From positions 1-50,867 of the forward strand of contig JACVIY010000002.1 of NCBI GenBank assembly GCA_015711755.1: 50,867 bases of DNA, written 5' to 3'. Numbering within the stretch: the stretch's first letter is position 1; each line of letters opens with the position of its first letter. Both the position numbers and the translations under genes were made by a program. The notes under the pieces are model-generated. The model searched no databases, was not told where the DNA came from, and saw nothing but the letters and a program-made list of their open reading frames with translations. Shown one piece after another: positions 1 to 10,454 of the stretch. The DNA comes from Candidatus Geothermincola secundus. Lineage in GTDB: Bacteria > Actinomycetota > Geothermincolia > Geothermincolales > Geothermincolaceae.

Positions 1-260
1 TCCTTGAGCCTGTCAAGCTCCTCGAAGGAGTATCCCAGAACATCCAGCACCGCCTCGAAAAGGGGCTCCGGCTTCAAGACCATCCCCGGCCCTCCCCCAA
101 AGGGGGCATCATCCACCGTTCGGTGCCTGCCTGAGCCCCAATCCCTTATGTCGTGGACCTCCAGGCGCAACAGGCCACGCTCCCGCGCCTTTCCCAGAAG
201 GCTCTCTTCAATAAAAGGCCGTATCATCCCGGGGAAGATGGTGAATATGTCGATCCTCAA
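1..260 (-). CDS. trmD: tRNA (guanine37-N1)-methyltransferase, N-terminal part (runs off window)
   Basis: Not in ORF track. Manual translation from TTG at 260: MRIDIFTIFPG...LEVHDIRDWGSGRHRTVDDAPFGGGPGMVLKPEPLFEAV; lies directly downstream of rimM. Confidence 0.95.
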   Translation of the reverse strand, partial: MRIDIFTIFPGMIRPFIEESLLGKARERGLLRLEVHDIRDWGSGRHRTVDDAPFGGGPGMVLKPEPLFEAVLDVLGYSFEELDRLK

Positions 261-302
261 AGGTCGGGCCCTCCTCTTTCCGCCGCACTTCAGCGGCGCT
301 TA

Positions 303-857
303 TTAAGTTCCCTCATCGCCCGCGGGCTCTTCGTCCTCGAGCATGCCGGGCAGGGGCTCTATATACATCCTGCCCCCCTCCAGGTCCACTCGCCTGACCA
401 CTTCCCGCAACAGGGGGACCAGCACCTCTTCCTCCCCTCGCACCACCAGAACGTCGTTGGATCCGGTCACCAGTATCTCCATTACCTCGCCCAAACGGCT
501 GCCCCGCGAGGTGAACACCTCCAGTCCGATGAGCTGATGCTCCCAGTAGGTGCCGGGCGGAGGAGGGCCTACCTCTTCCTCGGTCACCCACAGCTCCCTC
601 CCCTTGAGGGCGGCGGCCTGATCGCGGTCCTCTATGCCCTCGAACTTCACCAGCAGGCACCCCTGCACTGGCCGGGTGTTCTCCACCTTCAGCTCCCGGA
701 GCTCGCCCTCGAGGAGCAGAGTCCCTCCCACGCGGAAGCGCAGCGGGTTCTCGCTGGTGACGGCGACCTTCACCCAGCCCTTGAGGCCGTGGGGTTGGAT
801 CACTTTTCCGCTGATGATATAGCGCAACCGAGGCACCTCCGGGAACCGCATCCCCAT
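303..857 (-). CDS. rimM: 16S rRNA processing protein RimM
   Basis: GKVIQPHGLKGWVKV, KFEGIEDRDQAAAL, TGSNDVLVV motifs; rpsP-khpA-rimM-trmD order. Confidence 0.95.
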   Translation of the reverse strand: MGMRFPEVPRLRYIISGKVIQPHGLKGWVKVAVTSENPLRFRVGGTLLLEGELRELKVENTRPVQGCLLVKFEGIEDRDQAAALKGRELWVTEEEVGPPPPGTYWEHQLIGLEVFTSRGSRLGEVMEILVTGSNDVLVVRGEEEVLVPLLREVVRRVDLEGGRMYIEPLPGMLEDEEPAGDEGT

Positions 858-881
858 CCCGGCAGGCGGTCCCCGGGACGG

Positions 882-1115
882 TCAGTCCTTGACGTCGACT
901 ATGGTGTTGGTGTAGCCCTTCTTAACCGCCGCCGCCTTTATCAGGGTGCGGATGGCGTTGATGATGCGGCCGTTGCGGCCGATGACTTTGCCGGTGTCCT
1001 GCGGGGCCACCTGCAGCTCCAGGATGAGAGACTTCTCTCCTTCCCTGACGCTGACCTCCACCTGATCGGGGTTGTCAACGAGATGTCTTGCGATGTACTC
1101 GAGCAGTTCTTTCAT
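882..1115 (-). CDS. khpA: KH-domain RNA-binding protein KhpA
   Basis: 77 aa, LVDNPDQVEV...GKVIGRNGRIINAIRT; between rpsP and rimM. Confidence 0.93.
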   Translation of the reverse strand: MKELLEYIARHLVDNPDQVEVSVREGEKSLILELQVAPQDTGKVIGRNGRIINAIRTLIKAAAVKKGYTNTIVDVKD

Positions 1116-1418
1116 CTAATCCTCCCCTTGCTGCGCTTCCTCTTCCTCCGCTGCTCCGCCGCCCTCCCGGAAACGCTGCCAGATGCCCTTTAACTGGAGG
1201 AGCTTCTTTACCGGTTCGCTGGGTTGGGCTCCCTTCCTCAGCCATTCCAGGGCCTTCGCCTCGTCTATCTCGATGAGGGAAGGTTCGGGGCGGGGGTCGT
1301 ACTGGCCCAGGGTCTCGATGAACCTGCCGTCGCGCGGACTGCGGGCGTCCGCCACCACTATTCGGTAGAAGGGCCTTTTTTTAGTGCCCATCCGGCGCAA
1401 CCTGATCCTCACTGCCAA
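1116..1418 (-). CDS. rpsP: 30S ribosomal protein S16
   Basis: [35 protein letters not shown]; TTG start at 1418 after AAAGGAGG RBS. Confidence 0.97.
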   Translation of the reverse strand: MAVRIRLRRMGTKKRPFYRIVVADARSPRDGRFIETLGQYDPRPEPSLIEIDEAKALEWLRKGAQPSEPVKKLLQLKGIWQRFREGGGAAEEEEAQQGED

Positions 1419-1561
1419 GTGCTCAATCCTCCTTTCGGCCGCCGTTCGAAGCGACCTCTCGCGGACGTGCCGGGATGTAATGATATCGACCCGACTTTCG
1501 GTCTTCAAGCGACGGCTCGAAGGAACCGCACGAGATCGCCAGATAATTATACATCTTCGCC

Positions 1562-2887
1562 TTACAACTGGAAGGGGAAGCTCTTTCCCAGCTGGCGCGG
1601 GGAGAGCTTGCCCAGCTGCTTGATCATCTTCTGCATCTGCTGGAACTGCTGCAGGAGCCGGTTGACGTCCTGTATGGAGGTTCCGCTTCCGGCGGCTATC
1701 CTGCGCTTGCGGCTGGCCCCAAGGATATGCGGGTTGCGCCGTTCCTCAGGGGTCATGGAGAGGATGATGGCCTCGATGCGCTTTACCTGATCCTCTTCCA
1801 CCTTAAGCCCTTTGAGCTTCGAGGATACGCCGGGGATCATCCCCAGGATCTGGTCCAGCGGCCCCATCTTCTTCAGCTGCTGCATCTGTTCCAGGAAATC
1901 CTCCAAGTCGAACTGCTGGCGCCGCAGCTTCTCCTCCAGCTTCCTGGCCTTCTCCTGATCGTAGCTCTCTTGCGCTTTGTCGATGAGGGTGAGGAGGTCT
2001 CCCATGCCCAGGATGCGGGATGCCATGCGGTCCGGATGGAAGGGCTCCAGGTCCTCCAGTTTCTCCCCCACGCCGGCGAACTTGATGGGCTTGCCGGTGA
2101 CCGACTTGATGGAGAGGGCGGCGCCGCCTCGAGAATCCCCGTCCAGCTTGGTGAGGATGACCCCGTCGAAGTCCACCGCATGAAGGAAGGACTCGGCCAC
2201 GTTCACCGCGTCCTGGCCGGTCATGGCGTCCACCACCAGCAAGGTCTCGTGGGGGTGCACGCGCTCTTTCACTCGTACCAGCTCGTCCATCATCTCCTGG
2301 TCTATGTGCAGCCGCCCGGCGGTGTCGATGATCACCGTGTCGTATCCCTCTCTTCCCGCCCGCCTCACCGCCTCGGCGGCGATGTCCTCGGGTGCCGCCG
2401 CCCGGTCAGCGTGCACCGGCACCTCCACCCTCTCCCCCAGCTTCTCCAGCTGATCGATGGCGGCGGGGCGGTAGATGTCCGCCGCCGCCAGCAGGGGGCT
2501 GCGGCCTCCCGACTTCAGGTGGCGGGCCAGTTTGGCCGCGGCGGTGGTCTTCCCCGAACCCTGCAGGCCCACCAGCATTATCACCGTAGGCGGGTGCCCG
2601 GCGAAGTTGATGGAAGCGTTGGTCGAGCCCAGCAGCTCGGTGAGTTCCTCGTCCACGATCTTAATGACCTGCTGGGCGGGGGTCAGGGAACGCAGCACTT
2701 CCTGCCCTACCGCCCTCTCCTTGAGGTGGTTGGTGAAATCCTTGACCACGCGGAAATTGACATCCGCCTCTAAAAGGGCCAGGCGTATCTCCCTGGCCAC
2801 CTCCTCCACATGCTTCTCCGTTAGCTTGGCATGGCCTCGCAGGCGGCGGAAAACCTCCTGCAGCCTATCAGTCAGACTGTCAAACAT
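1562..2887 (-). CDS. ffh: Signal recognition particle protein Ffh
   Basis: [20 protein letters not shown], Met-rich C-terminal M domain. Confidence 0.98.
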   Translation of the reverse strand: MFDSLTDRLQEVFRRLRGHAKLTEKHVEEVAREIRLALLEADVNFRVVKDFTNHLKERAVGQEVLRSLTPAQQVIKIVDEELTELLGSTNASINFAGHPPTVIMLVGLQGSGKTTAAAKLARHLKSGGRSPLLAAADIYRPAAIDQLEKLGERVEVPVHADRAAAPEDIAAEAVRRAGREGYDTVIIDTAGRLHIDQEMMDELVRVKERVHPHETLLVVDAMTGQDAVNVAESFLHAVDFDGVILTKLDGDSRGGAALSIKSVTGKPIKFAGVGEKLEDLEPFHPDRMASRILGMGDLLTLIDKAQESYDQEKARKLEEKLRRQQFDLEDFLEQMQQLKKMGPLDQILGMIPGVSSKLKGLKVEEDQVKRIEAIILSMTPEERRNPHILGASRKRRIAAGSGTSIQDVNRLLQQFQQMQKMIKQLGKLSPRQLGKSFPFQL

Positions 2888-2989
2888 CCCTTTCGTGCAC
2901 CCCTTCCGTCCAAAGAGCTCTCAGGGGTTAAAGTATCGGAAGGAGAGCCCCCTGTCAAAGCCGGGGCAACCGGGATGGAAGGAGGCAAT

Positions 2990-3101
2990 GGGGTCGGGCC
3001 TCTTCGTATGTCCGGGACACCATCCTTTCCCTTATGGAGCGCAACTCCGGGGTCGTGCAAGAAAAGTTGAAGGTTTGGGCCTGGCCCCAAAATGAAGGTT
3101 T
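2990..3101. repeat. REPIN/MITE-like dispersed intergenic element, copy 1
   Basis: GGGGTCGGGCCTCTT...AAAAGTTGAAGGTTTGGGCCTGGCCCCAA; 3062-3090 is identical to 49724-49752; the ends are imperfect inverted repeats. Confidence 0.75.
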
Positions 3102-4263
3102 AGGGGAAGAGGGCACGGGCGAAGGCCCCGGGGTCGAAGGCGTAAAGGTCGGTGAGCTTCTCTCCCACCCCGATGAGTTTTATGGGAACTCCCAGGGCAT
3201 GCTGGATGGCGATGACGATGCCGCCCTTGGCGGTGCCGTCCAGCTTGGTCAGAGCCACTCCCGTCAGCTCCACCGCCTCCTGGAAGAGGCGGGCCTGAAC
3301 CAGGCCGTTCTGGCCGGTGGTGGCGTCCAGCACCAGCAGGGTCTCAGTGACCGGGGCCTCTTTCGCGGCCACCCTCTTTATCTTCTTCAGTTCCTCCATG
3401 AGGTTTACTTTGGTGTGCAAACGTCCCGCCGTGTCCACGATGACCACGTCGACGTTCCTGGCTTTAGCCGACTGGACGGCATCGTAAGCGACCGCCGCGG
3501 CGTCCGCTCCCGGCCGGTGCTTGACGGTATGCACCCCCACTCTTTCTCCCCATATCTCCAGCTGCTCTATCCCGGCGGCCCGGAAGGTGTCTCCGGCCGC
3601 CAGCAGCACCTTCCCCCCCTGGCTCTTTATCATGTGGGCCAATTTGGCGATGGTGGTGGTCTTGCCGGTTCCGTTGACCCCGACCACCAACCATACACTG
3701 GGCCCCTCGGGAGCGTACCGCAGAGCCCTTCCCTCCATCCGCAGGACCGACTCTATCTCCTCCGCGAAAGCCCGCATGGCCTCGTCGGCCTCCCTGATCC
3801 GGTCGCGGGCTATGCGGTCTCTCAGCCTGTCAACCAGCAGCGCGGTCATCTCCAACCCCACATCGGCCCCGATGAGGATCTCCTCCACCTCTTCCCAGAA
3901 ACCCTCATCGAAGCGGCGCCTGGCGATGATCCTGGCCAGAGGGCTCACCCAGCCCCGGCGGCTCCTGGCCAAGCCCTCTCGCAGCCGCTCCGCCTCAGCC
4001 GAGGTCTCCTTTCCGTCCACCCCGGACTCACCGACCCCGCCGATCGAAACGGCTGCCGCTCCCGCCGTCCGCTGATCACCCGGTTCCCCTGCTTCTTCAG
4101 GCAGAGCAGCGTCGCGGGGCTCCTCTCTCTCGGGAGCAGCCCCCGCAGCGGCCTCCCCGATGCCTATCTCGACGGGTTTTGTGCTGCCGGCGACCGCCGC
4201 CTCCGCAGGCGCCTTTTCCGCGGCCCTTTCTTTCCTTCTCTCTTTCCTGCTCCGCTTGCCCAT
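3100..4263 (-). CDS. ftsY: SRP receptor FtsY
   Basis: GVNGTGKTTT, DTFRAAG, DTAGR, TKLDGTAKGG; acidic/Ala-rich N-terminus; start uncertain. Confidence 0.97.
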   Translation of the reverse strand: MGKRSRKERRKERAAEKAPAEAAVAGSTKPVEIGIGEAAAGAAPEREEPRDAALPEEAGEPGDQRTAGAAAVSIGGVGESGVDGKETSAEAERLREGLARSRRGWVSPLARIIARRRFDEGFWEEVEEILIGADVGLEMTALLVDRLRDRIARDRIREADEAMRAFAEEIESVLRMEGRALRYAPEGPSVWLVVGVNGTGKTTTIAKLAHMIKSQGGKVLLAAGDTFRAAGIEQLEIWGERVGVHTVKHRPGADAAAVAYDAVQSAKARNVDVVIVDTAGRLHTKVNLMEELKKIKRVAAKEAPVTETLLVLDATTGQNGLVQARLFQEAVELTGVALTKLDGTAKGGIVIAIQHALGVPIKLIGVGEKLTDLYAFDPGAFARALFP

Positions 4264-4368
4264 ACCTTTCCCCTCGGGGTCCCTGACTGGAATACCTTTA
4301 CCTGAGAAATGATACATCACGGATATGGCGCCCGGAATACGCCGCGCCCCGGGAATGCAGAGCCCCGT

Positions 4369-7300
4369 TCAGGCCGGAACGGCGTCCTCCTCCCGCTCCC
4401 TCCGGAAACGCTGGGAGATGACCCGGGAGATTCCTCCCGCCTGCATGCTGACCCCATAGAGCACATCGGCTATCTCCATGGTGCGTTTCTGGTGGGTTAT
4501 GATGATGAGCTGGGAACCCTCCTTGAAATCGTCCAGCATGCGCAGGAAGCGGTGCAGGTTGACGTCATCCAGCGCCGCTTCCACCTCATCCAGGAAATAG
4601 AAGGGGCTGGGCCTGGTCTTGAAGATGGCGAAGAGAAAGGCCAGGGAGGCCAGGGCGGTTTCCCCCCCTGACAGCAGCGAAAGCTTCTTCAGGCGTTTGC
4701 CGGAAGGTTGCGCCTCTATCTCCACCCCCGTGTTCAGCAGGTCCTCCGGGTCGGTGAGGACCAGCTCCGCCCGCCCCTGGGGGAAGAGTCGGGAGAAAAG
4801 CTCCTGAAAGTGCAGGTTGACCTGGTCGAAGGTCTCTTTGAAGATGCTCATGATCTCGCGGTCCACCGCCCGCACCACCCTGGCCAGCGCCGCCTTGCTC
4901 TGGCGGAGGTCCTCCACCTGCTCGGTGAGGAATCGGTGGCGTTCCTGGGCGCTGCGGTATTCCTCCTCGGCCAGCAGGTTTACCTGACCCATGGCTTCCT
5001 TTCGCTCCCTCAATCCCTCCTCCAGCGACCGCAGCTCCTCCAGGGGGCGGTCCGGCATATACTCCTGCAGGGCCTGCTCCACCGGGATGCGGAACTCGTC
5101 CACCAGCTTGCCGGCCAGCATGTCCACGCGGGACCTCAGCTGCACCACCACCAGGTCGCGGTTATGCACCATCTCCCGCAGTTCTTCCACCCTCGCCTCG
5201 CAGGCCTCCAACTCTTGACGGTCCGCGGCGTTTTCCTGCTCCAGGGAGGACAGCTCTCCCTGCCCTCTGGCGTGTTCTTCCTTGTAACGACGCAGCAGCG
5301 TCTCGCCCCTGATCCCCAATCTCGAGAGGACCTCGATGAAGCGGCGTATCCCCTCTCTCTCGTCGGAAAGGCGGCTCTCCAGGCTGTCGGCGTCCCCGGG
5401 CAGCTCGGTCAATGAGGCACGCAGCTCCTCCAGGCGCTCCCGCAGATGCCTGACCCGCTCTGACGCCGCGGCGTGCTCTCGGTGAGCATGCCTCACCGCT
5501 TCCTCTTTTTCCTCCAGGAGGGATTTGGCCCGCCGCAGCCGCTCCTCCGCTTCCCTCAATAAGGGCCGCAGCCCCTCCATCTCGGCGGCATATCCGGCCG
5601 CCTCTCCCTCCACCGCCTCGGCCTGTGCTATGAGCTCGGCCATGGAAGCCCTCGTCTCTTCCAGCAGCTTGGCGTTCTCCTCAACCGCCGTCCTTAGGCC
5701 CTCCTCCCTCAAGGAGACCTCTCGTCCCTCGAGTTCCATGCGGTGCAGCTCTTCCTCCAGGCCGCGCCTTTCCTCCTCGGCCTCCCTGAGGTCCCTCTCC
5801 AGGCCCCGCAGAGCCTCCTCCACCATCTTCGATTCAGCCTCAATGCGCATGCCGTCCTCGCCGCGGTCCTCCAGCGCCTCCCGCAGCTGCTCGATCTCGC
5901 GGCGCCTCGCCAGGAGGTGGAAGGGAGAGGGGGATTGCCTTCCCCCTTTGAGGGTGCCCCGCGGGGCCACCATCTCCCCCTCCCTGGTCAGGAAGGTGAC
6001 CCGGTCGTATATATCCGCCAAGGCCAGGGCCTCCTGCATGCTCTCACACAGGACCACGTCCCCCAACAGATGCCGGAGCAGGGGCATGACCGGTTCCTCT
6101 CCCTCCACTGCCCGCAGAGCGGGAATGGCTCCCTGCACATGAGAAGCGGCACCGGCATCGTGTTCGGCCCCGCGGCGGAGCTCTTTCAGGCACAGGAACA
6201 GGGCCATGCCCGCCTCTTCCCTTCTAAGAAGCGATGCGGCGCGCTCCGCGTCTCGGGCGCTCTCAACGACCAGGGAGAAGAGCCAGGGGCCCAGGAAGGA
6301 CTCCAGGGCCCTCTCCCAAACCGGATTGATTTTTACAAGATGTAACAACATACCTTTTATCCCGGGAAGTCGCTCCCCTTCCTGCAGGATTCGGGCCGCC
6401 GCCGCCGCATAATCCAACCGTCGGCTGAACAGCTCCTGCAGGGCCTGCAGCCGAGCCATCAGTTGGAGCTCGTCCCCTTCGCAGGCCTTGCGGCGCTCGG
6501 CTATCTCCGCGGCTCTCTCCCTGATCTCTTCCAACTGCTCCCGCAGCTCTTTCCGCCTCGATTCCACGGCGGCCAGATCGCGCCGGCAGTGGCGCATCCC
6601 CGTCTCCAGCCGTCGGGAGAGCTCCCGGGCCTTCCGCAGGTCCTCCTCCGCCTCCCGCAAGCGTCCGTTCAAATCCTCCATTCGCGCGGACTGACGCGTG
6701 GCGGCCGCTCTCAGCTCCTCCGTCTTTTTCTTGGCCAACTCGGCCTCCCTGCGGCAGCGCCTCATCTCCTCAGCCAGCCGACCCCGCTCGCGTTCCGCGG
6801 CGGCCATGTCCCCCGCCGCCCGGAAACGCTCCTCCTCCGCCTCTTTGAGGGCGCGCGACGAAGCTTTCTCGCGCTCTCGCGATTCATCAGACTTTTCTTC
6901 CAGCTCCCGGATACGCCTCTCCAGTTGATTGCGGCGGCGGAGCAGCATGGACGCGACATCTCCAGGTGCCGCGGAGGTGGAAAGGTAGAGCCCCAACCGC
7001 TCCTCCAGAAGACCCTTCTCGCCGAGGACGCGCTCCAGGCATGACGAAAGGCGATACAGGCCCTCCTGCCGCCCTGAAAGCGATTCGCGCAGCCCCCGCG
7101 CCGCCTCCTCGTTTTCGCTCAGGCGCTTGCGCAGCTCCCTCAGTAGCGCCTGCCTCTCATCGAACTCGACTCGGACGCGCTCTTCCTCCCGCGCCCGGTT
7201 CTCCCACTGCTGCTGCAGATCCCGCAGCTCCGCCACCACCATGCCGATCTGCACCCGCCGCAGCTCCCGTTCCACCTCCCGGTAGCGCTCGGCCACCGCT

Positions 7301-7926
7301 GCCTGCCGCTCCAGGGGCTTGAGGGTCCTCCTCACTTCGGCTATCACATCCCCCAGACGCACCATGTCTTTGTCCACCGCGTCCAGCTTGCGAAGCGCCT
7401 TTTCCTTGCGGCGGCGGTGTTTCAGCAATCCCGCGGCCTCCTCTATGAACGACCTCCTCTCCTCGGGTCGGCTGCTGATGACCCGGTCCAAACGGTTCTG
7501 GCTGATGACCGCGGTGAGCTCCCTTCCCACCCCGAAATCGGAGAGTAGCTCCTGTATGTCCAGCAGCCGCGCCGGGGCCCGGTTCAGCAGATACTCGCTC
7601 TCCCCCGAGCGGAAGAGCTGGCGGGTCACCACCACCTCGTCGCAGTCCATGGGGACAGCGCGGCCGGTGTTGTCGAACACCAGGGAGACCTCGGCCATAC
7701 CCAGGGGCCCGCGAGAGGCGCTGCCGGCGAAGATGACGTCCTCCATGCGGCTGCCGCGGAGGTTGCGGGGGCTCTGCTCCCCCATGACCCAGAGCACCGC
7801 GTCGGCGATGTTGCTCTTGCCGCTGCCGTTAGGGCCCACGATGACCGATATGCCCGGCTCGAACTGCAGCGAGGTGCGGTCAGCGAAGGACTTGAAGCCC
7901 TTCAGCTCCAGTGACTTGAGGTACAT
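4369..7926 (-). CDS. smc: Chromosome segregation protein SMC
   Basis: GPNGSGKSN Walker A, long coiled coils with hinge, LSGGE signature, FYFLDEVEAALD. Confidence 0.98.
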   Translation of the reverse strand: MYLKSLELKGFKSFADRTSLQFEPGISVIVGPNGSGKSNIADAVLWVMGEQSPRNLRGSRMEDVIFAGSASRGPLGMAEVSLVFDNTGRAVPMDCDEVVVTRQLFRSGESEYLLNRAPARLLDIQELLSDFGVGRELTAVISQNRLDRVISSRPEERRSFIEEAAGLLKHRRRKEKALRKLDAVDKDMVRLGDVIAEVRRTLKPLERQAAVAERYREVERELRRVQIGMVVAELRDLQQQWENRAREEERVRVEFDERQALLRELRKRLSENEEAARGLRESLSGRQEGLYRLSSCLERVLGEKGLLEERLGLYLSTSAAPGDVASMLLRRRNQLERRIRELEEKSDESREREKASSRALKEAEEERFRAAGDMAAAERERGRLAEEMRRCRREAELAKKKTEELRAAATRQSARMEDLNGRLREAEEDLRKARELSRRLETGMRHCRRDLAAVESRRKELREQLEEIRERAAEIAERRKACEGDELQLMARLQALQELFSRRLDYAAAAARILQEGERLPGIKGMLLHLVKINPVWERALESFLGPWLFSLVVESARDAERAASLLRREEAGMALFLCLKELRRGAEHDAGAASHVQGAIPALRAVEGEEPVMPLLRHLLGDVVLCESMQEALALADIYDRVTFLTREGEMVAPRGTLKGGRQSPSPFHLLARRREIEQLREALEDRGEDGMRIEAESKMVEEALRGLERDLREAEEERRGLEEELHRMELEGREVSLREEGLRTAVEENAKLLEETRASMAELIAQAEAVEGEAAGYAAEMEGLRPLLREAEERLRRAKSLLEEKEEAVRHAHREHAAASERVRHLRERLEELRASLTELPGDADSLESRLSDEREGIRRFIEVLSRLGIRGETLLRRYKEEHARGQGELSSLEQENAADRQELEACEARVEELREMVHNRDLVVVQLRSRVDMLAGKLVDEFRIPVEQALQEYMPDRPLEELRSLEEGLRERKEAMGQVNLLAEEEYRSAQERHRFLTEQVEDLRQSKAALARVVRAVDREIMSIFKETFDQVNLHFQELFSRLFPQGRAELVLTDPEDLLNTGVEIEAQPSGKRLKKLSLLSGGETALASLAFLFAIFKTRPSPFYFLDEVEAALDDVNLHRFLRMLDDFKEGSQLIIITHQKRTMEIADVLYGVSMQAGGISRVISQRFRREREEDAVPA

Positions 7927-8313
7927 CCGCCATCATCTCCGTCCCGTCTTCTCAGCTTCCCGAGCGCTTACCCGCTTCGCTTTTTCTTCACCGCGCCGCC
8001 CAAAAAATCCTGCAAAGCCGGGCCCCCGCGGGCGGCATCGAAGAGATGATAACCCCGGCGGGAGACAAGCGGGAGAAGTCCGCTCCGGGGGCGCTTCAGG
8101 GGCGGCTGACCTCCGGCGCCGAGGGGCGGCCCTTTCTCGCCGTTCCCGACGGTTATTCCGCCGGTCGCCGGCATCCCTACCTAACTGACCGTCGGTCCCC
8201 TATGACAGTGGTTGCCCGCGTCCTTTGCCGGCAATATAATAGGCCTGTCCTCTGCGTGATATGCCTGCATCGAGGGCGGCAATGGAGATCCGAGGCCGGC
8301 GAGAGGAGGAGTG

Positions 8314-9270
8314 ATGTTCGCCGAGGTGGTTATCGAGGTCCGGGACCTGGTGAAGGTGTACGGGGACCGACGCGTCCTCAAGGGCATCGGCTTCGAGGTA
8401 CGGCGGGGGGAGGTCTTCGGGCTCCTGGGTGAGAACGGGGCGGGAAAGACCACCACCCTGGAGATAATCGAGGGCCTGCGCGCCCCCACCTCCGGGACGG
8501 CCACCGTCCTGGGCATGGACGTCGGCCGGGACATCTCCCGCATCAAGGAGAGGATAGGCGTGCAACTGCAGGCCTCCTCCTACTTCGAGCACCTCACCCT
8601 CCTGGAGATATTGGACCTCTTCCGCAGCTTCTACGACAGGGGACTGGAGCCGAGGGAGCTGCTCTCCCTGGTGGGGCTGCAGGACCGTGGCGGGATGAGG
8701 GTGGGTCAGCTCTCGGGAGGCCTCAGGCAGCGCTTCTCCATCGTCGCCGCCCTGGTCAACGACCCCGACGTGGTCTTCCTGGACGAGCCCACCACCGGTC
8801 TCGACCCGGTGGCCCGCCGCAATCTCTGGGACCTGGTGAGGAACATCCACGAGAAGGGCAAGACGGTCATCCTGACCAGCCACTACCTGGAGGAGGTGGA
8901 GGCGCTCTGCGGGAGGGTGGCCATCATCAAGGAGGGGGAGATCATAGCCACGGACACCGTGGCCGGCCTCATCCTCCAGCAGGAGAACCCCGTGCGCCTG
9001 GACTTCCTGCCGCGCGGCGGCCTCAGCGGCGATGCCCGTTCCCGCCTGTCGGCCATGGGAGTGCTGCAGGAATCGAGCGCCAGGGCGGGAGAGCTGACCC
9101 TTTTCCTCAAGGACATGGAAGGGCTCAAGGCGGCCCTGCGGGAACTGGAGCCGGTGGGCCTGGAGCGCATGGCCGTATCCACCGCCAGCCTCGAGGACGT
9201 CTTCGTGCGGCTCACCGGAGGCCGCATCACCGGAGAGGAAATGGAGCCGGCGGGGAGGGCCGCGCGATGA
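8314..9270 (+). CDS. ABC-2 type exporter ATP-binding subunit
   Basis: GENGAGKTT, LSGG, FLDEPTTGLDP. Confidence 0.93.
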   Translation: MFAEVVIEVRDLVKVYGDRRVLKGIGFEVRRGEVFGLLGENGAGKTTTLEIIEGLRAPTSGTATVLGMDVGRDISRIKERIGVQLQASSYFEHLTLLEILDLFRSFYDRGLEPRELLSLVGLQDRGGMRVGQLSGGLRQRFSIVAALVNDPDVVFLDEPTTGLDPVARRNLWDLVRNIHEKGKTVILTSHYLEEVEALCGRVAIIKEGEIIATDTVAGLILQQENPVRLDFLPRGGLSGDARSRLSAMGVLQESSARAGELTLFLKDMEGLKAALRELEPVGLERMAVSTASLEDVFVRLTGGRITGEEMEPAGRAAR

Positions 9271-10454
9271 AGCTCGGGAAGATATTCTCGGCCAGCGTCA
9301 AGACCATCTACCGGGACAAGATAGCCCTCTTCTGGGCCCTCGCCTTCCCCCTCATGTTCATCGCGCTGTTCGGCCTCTTCAGCATGGGCATGTCCGGCAA
9401 CAACCTGGGCAAGCTGGCCTGGCTGGACCGGGCCGGCGACGAGGCCTCACGGCAGCTCAGGCAGGCGGTGGCCGAATCCGACGTCTTCACCATCACCGAG
9501 GACTACACCGACCTCGAGGAGGCCAAGGAGGCCATGCGCAACAACAAGATAAACTTCGTCCTCCTGGTGGAGGGGCCGGACGGCCCCGACGGCGCCGCGG
9601 AAGGCGGCCGCATCTTCCCGGAGGTGACCCTGTTCACCGACGTGAAGAACCAGAACATCAACGCGGCGGCGGTGAGCTTCTTCGACGGGCTCAAGAAGCA
9701 GTTCTTCGCGGCCTCCATGATCGCCACCGTCGACGGCATCCTGCAGATACCCGACCTCGACCAGAACGCGCGGCAGTTCTACTCCTGGCTACGCGGGCAG
9801 CTGGAGGAATCATCGGAGCCGGTCCGCAGCCAGGAGGGCGGCAGGAATCCCGTGAAATACTTCGACATGGTCTTCGTGGGCCTGGTATGCATGGGGATCA
9901 TGAACTACGCGGTTACCGGGTTCGCCATCAACCTCGCCGCCATGCGCGAGCAGAAGATACTTAAGCGCCTGCTGACCACCCCCCTGCCCATCCACCGCTT
10001 CATGCTGGGGGAGATCCTGGCCTTCCTCGTCCTGGCCTTCGTCCAGCTGGGGATAATGCTGGCGGTGGGCATGGGCATGTTCGGGGCGAAGATCTACGCC
10101 GGCTGGTGGTTCCTCTTCCTCTTGGTCTTCCTGGGCGCCCTGCTCTTTCTCTCCCTGGGCTTCTTCCTGGCGGCCTTCGCCCGCACCGCCAACGCCGCCT
10201 CGGGCATGGCCAACGGCATAGCCATCCCCCTGATGTTCCTGGGAGGCGTCTTCTTCCCCCTGGAGGTGCTCCCCGGACCCTTCTACCAGACCTTCCGCTT
10301 CCTGCCGCTGGCCCCCATGATCCAGGCCATGCGCTCGGTCTGCCTGGAGGGCGACCCCGTCGCCGATCAGCTGCCGCGCATCATCATCATGCTGGTCTGG
10401 CTGGCGGTCATCGCCGGTCTGGGTCTCTACTTCTTCCGTTTCGGCGATGAGTGA
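9267..10454 (+). CDS. ABC-2 type exporter permease
   Basis: N-terminal TM helix, extracytoplasmic loop, several C-terminal TMs, REQKILKRLLTTP; ATGA overlap with the ATPase. Confidence 0.9.
   Translation: MKLGKIFSASVKTIYRDKIALFWALAFPLMFIALFGLFSMGMSGNNLGKLAWLDRAGDEASRQLRQAVAESDVFTITEDYTDLEEAKEAMRNNKINFVLLVEGPDGPDGAAEGGRIFPEVTLFTDVKNQNINAAAVSFFDGLKKQFFAASMIATVDGILQIPDLDQNARQFYSWLRGQLEESSEPVRSQEGGRNPVKYFDMVFVGLVCMGIMNYAVTGFAINLAAMREQKILKRLLTTPLPIHRFMLGEILAFLVLAFVQLGIMLAVGMGMFGAKIYAGWWFLFLLVFLGALLFLSLGFFLAAFARTANAASGMANGIAIPLMFLGGVFFPLEVLPGPFYQTFRFLPLAPMIQAMRSVCLEGDPVADQLPRIIIMLVWLAVIAGLGLYFFRFGDE

Noticed and set aside
1727-4305. Long plus-strand ORFs (348 and 423 aa) opposite ffh and ftsY, and similar ones such as 26934-28580, 30009-31280, 40299-41762 and 46726-48117
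   Set aside because: Antisense shadows of real genes caused by high-GC codon bias; no recognisable motifs
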